DNA from: Kiritimatiellia bacterium
Lineage (GTDB): Bacteria; Verrucomicrobiota; Kiritimatiellia; CAIVKH01
Direction: 5' to 3'
Length of the DNA: 64,000 nt
Assembly (NCBI GenBank): GCA_035327305.1
Contig: DAOLDL010000004.1
Location: 12,180-76,179, forward strand
In this document: positions 59,025-64,000 of the stretch, piece by piece
Numbering within the stretch: the first letter of the stretch is position 1
How the letters are laid out: every line of letters starts with the position of its first letter
Notes under the pieces: model-generated
The model's input: the letters and a program-made list of their open reading frames with translations, nothing else
Databases searched by the model: none
What the model was told of the DNA's origin: nothing
Made by a program: the position numbers and the translations under genes

Positions 59025-60725
59025 ATGTACTGCTTTTTGTTGGTTTCATTTGCTTTTTTGATCACCGTTTTCCCGACGTTGGGAAGAAGCCCGGATCGGG
59101 AAATTCTCGGGTTTTCCGTAGCCACCAATGTCGGATTTGGCTTTAACGTTCATGTATTGGGCAATCATCCGGATATCGGGTCTTGGATATCCACCAATGC
59201 CGTGAAGCTTCGCTGGACGGCAGGTAACATTTGGACCGGCCAGGTCGCCGTTCAAAAAGGCACGGAGCTTGAATATAAATATGTTGCGCGGGATGGCTCG
59301 CCTTCGGCGTACACAAACATCAGCAACATTGTCTGGGAATCCGGAGCCAACCGCCAGCGATCGGTACCGGCGGCGGATGATCCTCCTGCGCCTGGAAAAA
59401 CCGTTTATTATTATTCGGCCTGGACCAGCGCGACCCTGCTGGTGATTTCGGAAACCAATTTCCCCGCTTATCCGATGACCCGCATCGGTCCCGGACGAAG
59501 CGAGGGCGAATATCTTTATCGCGCGCAAAATGTCGGCGAAGCCGGCGAATGGTTGGAATTTGTGCCCAACGGCTGGTTTAACAACACGAACTACTGGGAC
59601 AATCCGCCATACGTCGACTTCAACAACAATTACTTCACACCACTTGATGCGTTTATTCTGCAGGATGGCAACATCTACAATTACTGGCCATCCAATGTCG
59701 TCTCCGCGCCCCGGGTGATTTCCAATTTTGTGAATTCAAGCCAAGGTGAAATTACCGGACGCTTGATTCGTATTTACCTGCCACGCGGATATGACAGCCA
59801 CCCGGAGCGCCGTTATCCGGTGCTGTACATGCAGGATGGAACCAACGTTTTTTCGCCGGGCGGAAGTTTCGGATCGTGGGATGCCGACCTGATCGCCACG
59901 CGTGAAATCAGCCAGGGACGCATGAGGGAAACAATCATCGTCGCGATCGACAACATGCCGAATCGCCGCGTCGAATACAATCCCCCCGGCAGTACGTACC
60001 CCACCGAGCCGCCCGGACACGCCGACAAATACCTCAAATTTCTCGCCGACAATGTGCGCCCCACCCTCGATTTCAACTTCCGGACGTTGAACGAACGCCG
60101 CAACACGTTTGTTGGCGGCTCGTCGATGGGCGGTATTTTCAGCGTGTATGCCGGCTACGACACCAATTTATTCGGCGGCATCATCGCCATGTCGCCCGCC
60201 TTCACCCGCGCCACCAACTACATGGCCGCATTGTGGAGTCGGGAAAAAACCCCGATCCGCATTTACATGGACACCGGCTCGGCCGAGGGACAGGTCGGCA
60301 TTACTCCGGGTGGCGATTATTGGGAATCACCCTGGCAGGGATACGATATTTTCCTTTCTCATGGATTCGCGCCCAACCATGACTTGATGATGCGCGTTGG
60401 CCACGGCCATGGCCACAACGAAGCGGCCTGGCGGGCGCGACTTCCCTTTGCTTATCGATTTATTCTGAATGTCCGGGACGAACCAAACCGGATCGCGCAA
60501 AAAGAATGGCCACCGGATGTTTCTGCCATGCCATCACCCGGAATGATGACATTCAACACGCTTCAACACTTCAACTATCAACTTGATGAAAAAACCGGCG
60601 AACAGTGGAATCCCACCGACGTCGTTTATCGCGAAACAAACGCCTGGTCCTCCGCGTTCTCACTAACCATCCCGATCCATCACACGACGGTATGGCATCG
60701 CGTTTCGTGCAGACCGGCTGAATGA
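59025..60725 (+). CDS. Secreted esterase (putative esterase/enterochelin-esterase-like a/b hydrolase) with N-terminal CBM20 starch-binding domain
   Basis: CBM20-like FNVHVLGNHPDIGSWISTNAVKLRWTAGNIWTGQVAVQKGTELEYKYV. Esterase core RIYLPRGYDSHPERRYPVLYMQDG...GGSSMGG. Confidence 0.65.
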   Translation: MYCFLLVSFAFLITVFPTLGRSPDREILGFSVATNVGFGFNVHVLGNHPDIGSWISTNAVKLRWTAGNIWTGQVAVQKGTELEYKYVARDGSPSAYTNISNIVWESGANRQRSVPAADDPPAPGKTVYYYSAWTSATLLVISETNFPAYPMTRIGPGRSEGEYLYRAQNVGEAGEWLEFVPNGWFNNTNYWDNPPYVDFNNNYFTPLDAFILQDGNIYNYWPSNVVSAPRVISNFVNSSQGEITGRLIRIYLPRGYDSHPERRYPVLYMQDGTNVFSPGGSFGSWDADLIATREISQGRMRETIIVAIDNMPNRRVEYNPPGSTYPTEPPGHADKYLKFLADNVRPTLDFNFRTLNERRNTFVGGSSMGGIFSVYAGYDTNLFGGIIAMSPAFTRATNYMAALWSREKTPIRIYMDTGSAEGQVGITPGGDYWESPWQGYDIFLSHGFAPNHDLMMRVGHGHGHNEAAWRARLPFAYRFILNVRDEPNRIAQKEWPPDVSAMPSPGMMTFNTLQHFNYQLDEKTGEQWNPTDVVYRETNAWSSAFSLTIPIHHTTVWHRVSCRPAE

Positions 60726-60726
60726 T

Positions 60727-62148
60727 TTACTTCGCAATCGGGATAATGCGATCCACGGTCATCAAGGCGCTCTTGATGCAATCCGGCATGCCAATGCCGT
60801 GGTAAGAGCTTCCGGCAAGATGCAAACCGCCGACCGACGCGGCCAGCGCATCCATCTTTTCCACACGGGATGGATGGCCGACATCGTATTGCGGATTGCC
60901 TTTATGCCACTGGTAAACACGGTGAAGCATCGGCTTTGCGGTAATCCCGAACAATACGGCGAATTCATCGCGCACCATGTCAATCAATGCGTCTTCATCC
61001 TGTTCGGCCAGCGCCTCGTCGCGGTATCCACCAACAAACGCACGCAACAGTACGCATCCCGGCGGCGCGCGATGTTTGAATTTGGTTGAAGCCCAGGTGC
61101 AGGCAATGAGACGGCGTTTTTCACTGGCCGGAATCAAAACGCCAAAACCATCCAACGGACGATCCGCCGGAATGTCATCCAAAAGATAGGCCAGTGAACA
61201 TGTCGCCGTGCTGACAAACCGGATCGCACCCATCATGCGTGACAATTCTTCGTTCAGGGGCGCGACCAATCCGGCGGCGCGATGCGCGGGAATGGCCAGC
61301 ACCACATCATCGCAAGGCAGTGTTGCCGGGCCGTTACCGGACAATGAAAGCGTGTATTTTCCATCGCAACGTTCGATGGCGGTGACGGAAGTGTCGGTCC
61401 ATATCGTTCCGGTCAACCGCGCAATGAGCGCGTCGACAAGCTGGCGCATACCACCCTTCAAGGAGTTAAACATGGCATTTCCCGCCGCCGGCAAACCCGT
61501 CCGCCTGGGTGGATTCTTTTTCATTGCTTGCGCCGCGCGAATCAGGCTTCCGTATTTCTTTTCCATCTCCAGAAACATCGGAAACGCGCCGCGCATGCTC
61601 AACCGGTCCGGATCGCTGACAAAAATTCCGGCCATCAACGGACCGGCAAATTTATCCACAGCTTCACGTCCGAGACGTCGACCAATAAAATCGCCCAACG
61701 ATTCGTCGTCCGCCGCCGGACGCGGAGGCAGAAAGTATTCCATCGCCATGCGCAATTTTCCAAGCGGCGAAATGAGCGGCGTCATCAGAAAAGGCTTCAG
61801 CCTGGTGGGAATACTCAACCGGAATCCGGACGGCAATTGCACGAGTTTGCCGCGATTCAACACATACACTTTGTTTTCAAGCTGGTTGTTCGGGAGCAAC
61901 AACTCCGCCAGGCCAAGTTCATGGCACAAGGCGAGGCACCACGGCTTATCCGTCACAAACGAATCGGGTCCGCCTTCGATTACAAACTCGCGCTCATGAT
62001 CCGTGACAATTTTTCCGCCGACCTGACTCCGCGAATCAATAAGCGTGTAACGAACATCGACCCCTTGTTCTGCCGCGCGTTTTTGAAGGTAAAACGCAGT
62101 GGCAAGTCCCGCGATACCTGCACCGACAATGGCTACATGCCGACCCAT
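60727..62148 (-). CDS. hemY: Protoporphyrinogen/coproporphyrinogen III oxidase (HemY/CgoX family, FAD-dependent)
   Basis: VAIVGAGIAGLATAFYL FAD dinucleotide motif and the HemY C-terminus (GLHLAGSSYHGIGMPDCI). Confidence 0.8.
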   Translation of the reverse strand: MGRHVAIVGAGIAGLATAFYLQKRAAEQGVDVRYTLIDSRSQVGGKIVTDHEREFVIEGGPDSFVTDKPWCLALCHELGLAELLLPNNQLENKVYVLNRGKLVQLPSGFRLSIPTRLKPFLMTPLISPLGKLRMAMEYFLPPRPAADDESLGDFIGRRLGREAVDKFAGPLMAGIFVSDPDRLSMRGAFPMFLEMEKKYGSLIRAAQAMKKNPPRRTGLPAAGNAMFNSLKGGMRQLVDALIARLTGTIWTDTSVTAIERCDGKYTLSLSGNGPATLPCDDVVLAIPAHRAAGLVAPLNEELSRMMGAIRFVSTATCSLAYLLDDIPADRPLDGFGVLIPASEKRRLIACTWASTKFKHRAPPGCVLLRAFVGGYRDEALAEQDEDALIDMVRDEFAVLFGITAKPMLHRVYQWHKGNPQYDVGHPSRVEKMDALAASVGGLHLAGSSYHGIGMPDCIKSALMTVDRIIPIAK

Positions 62149-63218
62149 CAGCTGGCGGCTCCTGCGGATTGATTGAGTTTAAAGTTGTGAACCAGATCAA
62201 CAAGGTGCGCCACGTTTGCCGGGTCCGTCTGCTTTAACACGCCATGACCAAGATTGAAAATGTAGCCTGGGCGATTTGCGACCCGCTCCATAATGGCGTT
62301 TGCTCGCCGGGTAATCATATCCTTGCCGGCCAGCAGTATTACCGGGTCAAGATTACCCTGCACGGCGATGCCGGCGCCGAGACGGTTCCATGCATCAAGA
62401 ATGTCGATGCGCCAATCGATGCCGATCACACTGCCGCCCGCTTCCCGTAATTCAGCAAGCAATCCAGATGCTCCGGTTGCAAAATGAATGGCCGGCACAT
62501 CGGGATGCTTCACGTGCAATACATCGAAGATGTAACGAGAGTATGGCAGGACGTATTCGCGATAGTCGTCGGGACCCAGCAGGCCGGCCCAACTATCAAA
62601 AACCTGCACGGCTTGCGCGCCGGCATCAATCTGCCGAAGCAGATAATCGGACGAAGCACGGGCCAGGCGCCCCATCAACCCATGCCAGGCGCCGGGTTCG
62701 CTGTACATCATCTGCCGGGCGCGATCAAATTCCCGCGATGATTTTCCCTCGATGGCATAACACGCCAAGGTGAATGGCGCGCCGCAGAACCCTATCAACG
62801 GAAGTTTCCCGTCCAGTTCGCGGCGCGTGAGCTTGATCGCGTCAATGGTAAACTCCGTTGCCTCCGGATCGGCCTGTTCAGACCATGACGCAATGTCCGC
62901 CGCGCACACGGGATTTTCAATCACCGGTCCGACGCCGCTGACAAACGTTAACTTCAATCCGAAACCCTCGAGAATCGGCAGAATATCCGAGAAAATAATC
63001 GCGGCATCCACCCCGAAGGCCCGCACCGGTTGCAGTGTCACCTCCGTGGCGATTGCGGGATCGCGAATCATATCGAGCAGGTTGTGCTTTGAACGAATGG
63101 CGCGGTATTCCGGCATGTAGCGTCCGGCCTGGCGCATCAACCATACCGGCACACGGTCCACCGGCTCCCGGCGACATGCTTTGAGAAACCGGTCGTTCAC
63201 GCCACGACCTGTTGCCAT
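62148..63218 (-). CDS. hemE: Uroporphyrinogen decarboxylase
   Basis: PVWLMRQAGRYMPEYR signature and 356 aa. Its start overlaps the hemY stop. Confidence 0.9.
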   Translation of the reverse strand: MATGRGVNDRFLKACRREPVDRVPVWLMRQAGRYMPEYRAIRSKHNLLDMIRDPAIATEVTLQPVRAFGVDAAIIFSDILPILEGFGLKLTFVSGVGPVIENPVCAADIASWSEQADPEATEFTIDAIKLTRRELDGKLPLIGFCGAPFTLACYAIEGKSSREFDRARQMMYSEPGAWHGLMGRLARASSDYLLRQIDAGAQAVQVFDSWAGLLGPDDYREYVLPYSRYIFDVLHVKHPDVPAIHFATGASGLLAELREAGGSVIGIDWRIDILDAWNRLGAGIAVQGNLDPVILLAGKDMITRRANAIMERVANRPGYIFNLGHGVLKQTDPANVAHLVDLVHNFKLNQSAGAAS

Positions 63219-63928
63219 GCCGCCTTGCCGATAAAGAACGGCCCGAGGCTTTCCAGAAATTCCGATGTTTGCCGCGTCTTGCGCATCGCCTGCACCATGG
63301 CTGACAACGGAAAAAGTTCTTTGCCGATAAGGCCGATCACGAAATCGTTGTCATTTTTGTCCAGCCCCCGGCAATCCAGCCTGATGTCGTAGCCGAAGTC
63401 ACCGGCGCTGAACAATGCGCCGAGTTTGCCGTGCTCGCCGAGGATTTCCTTTTGCTCTTCCGCAGGAAGCTTCTCGAAAGCGCCGGCGCGACGCAACGGA
63501 TACCAAACCGCCCACGGCCAGTCAGGGTTGGTCAGGCGTTGTATCGGGCGGTTCACGAGTACATGATCGAGGTCCGCCTCGTAGCCGATTGAGTATGACC
63601 GCCCGAGCATCGTGTACTCCGGCTTCGGCATGAGATCGGCAAAAACGTCCTGATGAAAAAGATCACGCCAGGGACCCAGGAAAAAATCGGGCGATTCGCT
63701 TGCGGTCATGATTCCGATGCCCAGCGGATCGTTGATGTCGCGATAAACCGCGACCGGCGCCTTGACCTTGCGCACGGCTTCAACAACCGCGTCGAGGTTC
63801 GAGCATTCGCCAAACACCTGGAGTTGCATGAATAAGCGTCGATCGGAGCGGATGATGTTGCCACGCACGTCACGGCCTTTTTCACTCAAGTCCGGCAGAC
63901 CGGTTTTTTCGTCGACAGGCAGACTCAT
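63197..63928 (-). CDS. hemQ: Chlorite-dismutase-family coproheme decarboxylase (HemQ/ChdC-like)
   Basis: 243 aa with the CDE-superfamily pattern (YSIGYEADLDHVLVNRP; WAVWYPLRR). Overlaps the hemE start by 22 nt. Confidence 0.65.
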   Translation of the reverse strand: MSLPVDEKTGLPDLSEKGRDVRGNIIRSDRRLFMQLQVFGECSNLDAVVEAVRKVKAPVAVYRDINDPLGIGIMTASESPDFFLGPWRDLFHQDVFADLMPKPEYTMLGRSYSIGYEADLDHVLVNRPIQRLTNPDWPWAVWYPLRRAGAFEKLPAEEQKEILGEHGKLGALFSAGDFGYDIRLDCRGLDKNDNDFVIGLIGKELFPLSAMVQAMRKTRQTSEFLESLGPFFIGKAAWQQVVA

Positions 63929-64000
63929 TATGACAATTCCTCAAAAGCGGCGGACCATGCCGCCACGGTTTTACTGATGTGTTCATCCGTGTGGGCCACG
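63929..64000 (-). CDS. hemL: C-terminal end of an upstream gene, possibly glutamate-1-semialdehyde 2,1-aminomutase (partial)
   Basis: Minus-strand translation ...VAHTDEHISKTVAAWSAAFEELS* resembles the HemL C-terminus (HT.EDI..T......F). The stop overlaps the hemQ ATG (TAATG). Only 24 codons are visible. Confidence 0.3.

Overview
High-GC bacterial chromosomal segment that is mostly coding, with about 58 CDS. I found no rRNA, tRNA, CRISPR array, integrase or transposase. The complete F1Fo ATP synthase operon (atpZ/atpI-like, then atpBEFHAGDC) sits at 24.5-31.7 kb. Other recognisable housekeeping genes are: dTDP-rhamnose genes rfbA and rfbC; System II cytochrome c biogenesis genes resB and ccsA; thrC and pheA; pterin-4a-carbinolamine dehydratase phhB; a dapA-dapB-folK-panB run; and a hemY-hemE-hemQ(-hemL) block. 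The rest is envelope-, signalling- and secretion-associated. It includes a PEP-CTERM protein, TPR and ankyrin repeat proteins, Ser/Thr kinase, two-component kinases, and lipoproteins, which is consistent with a diderm PVC-like (Verrucomicrobia/Lentisphaerae-type) organism. That placement is an inference. The candidates for undescribed systems are: (i) a four-gene minus-strand operon at 14.0-18.2 kb encoding a secreted beta-solenoid protein built from about 11 copies of a ~25-aa 'L.D..GND.Y....QG.G' repeat, plus HEAT-repeat, DUF456-like and CsgG/PEGA-like partners; (ii) a tri-domain alpha/beta-hydrolase-DedA-ATP-grasp membrane protein at the end of the dapA-panB operon; (iii) a QueC/WbuX-like PP-loop ATPase translationally coupled to a 64-aa HicB-fold protein, next to a GNAT and a PhyH dioxygenase inside the dTDP-sugar locus; (iv) a 761-aa EF-hand-motif membrane protein with Lon-N and SRPBCC neighbours; and (v) a pair of 19-bp palindromic operators in the dapA/esterase divergent promoter. 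Coordinates follow the supplied ORF track. Starts that I moved inward are approximate to within a few nt.
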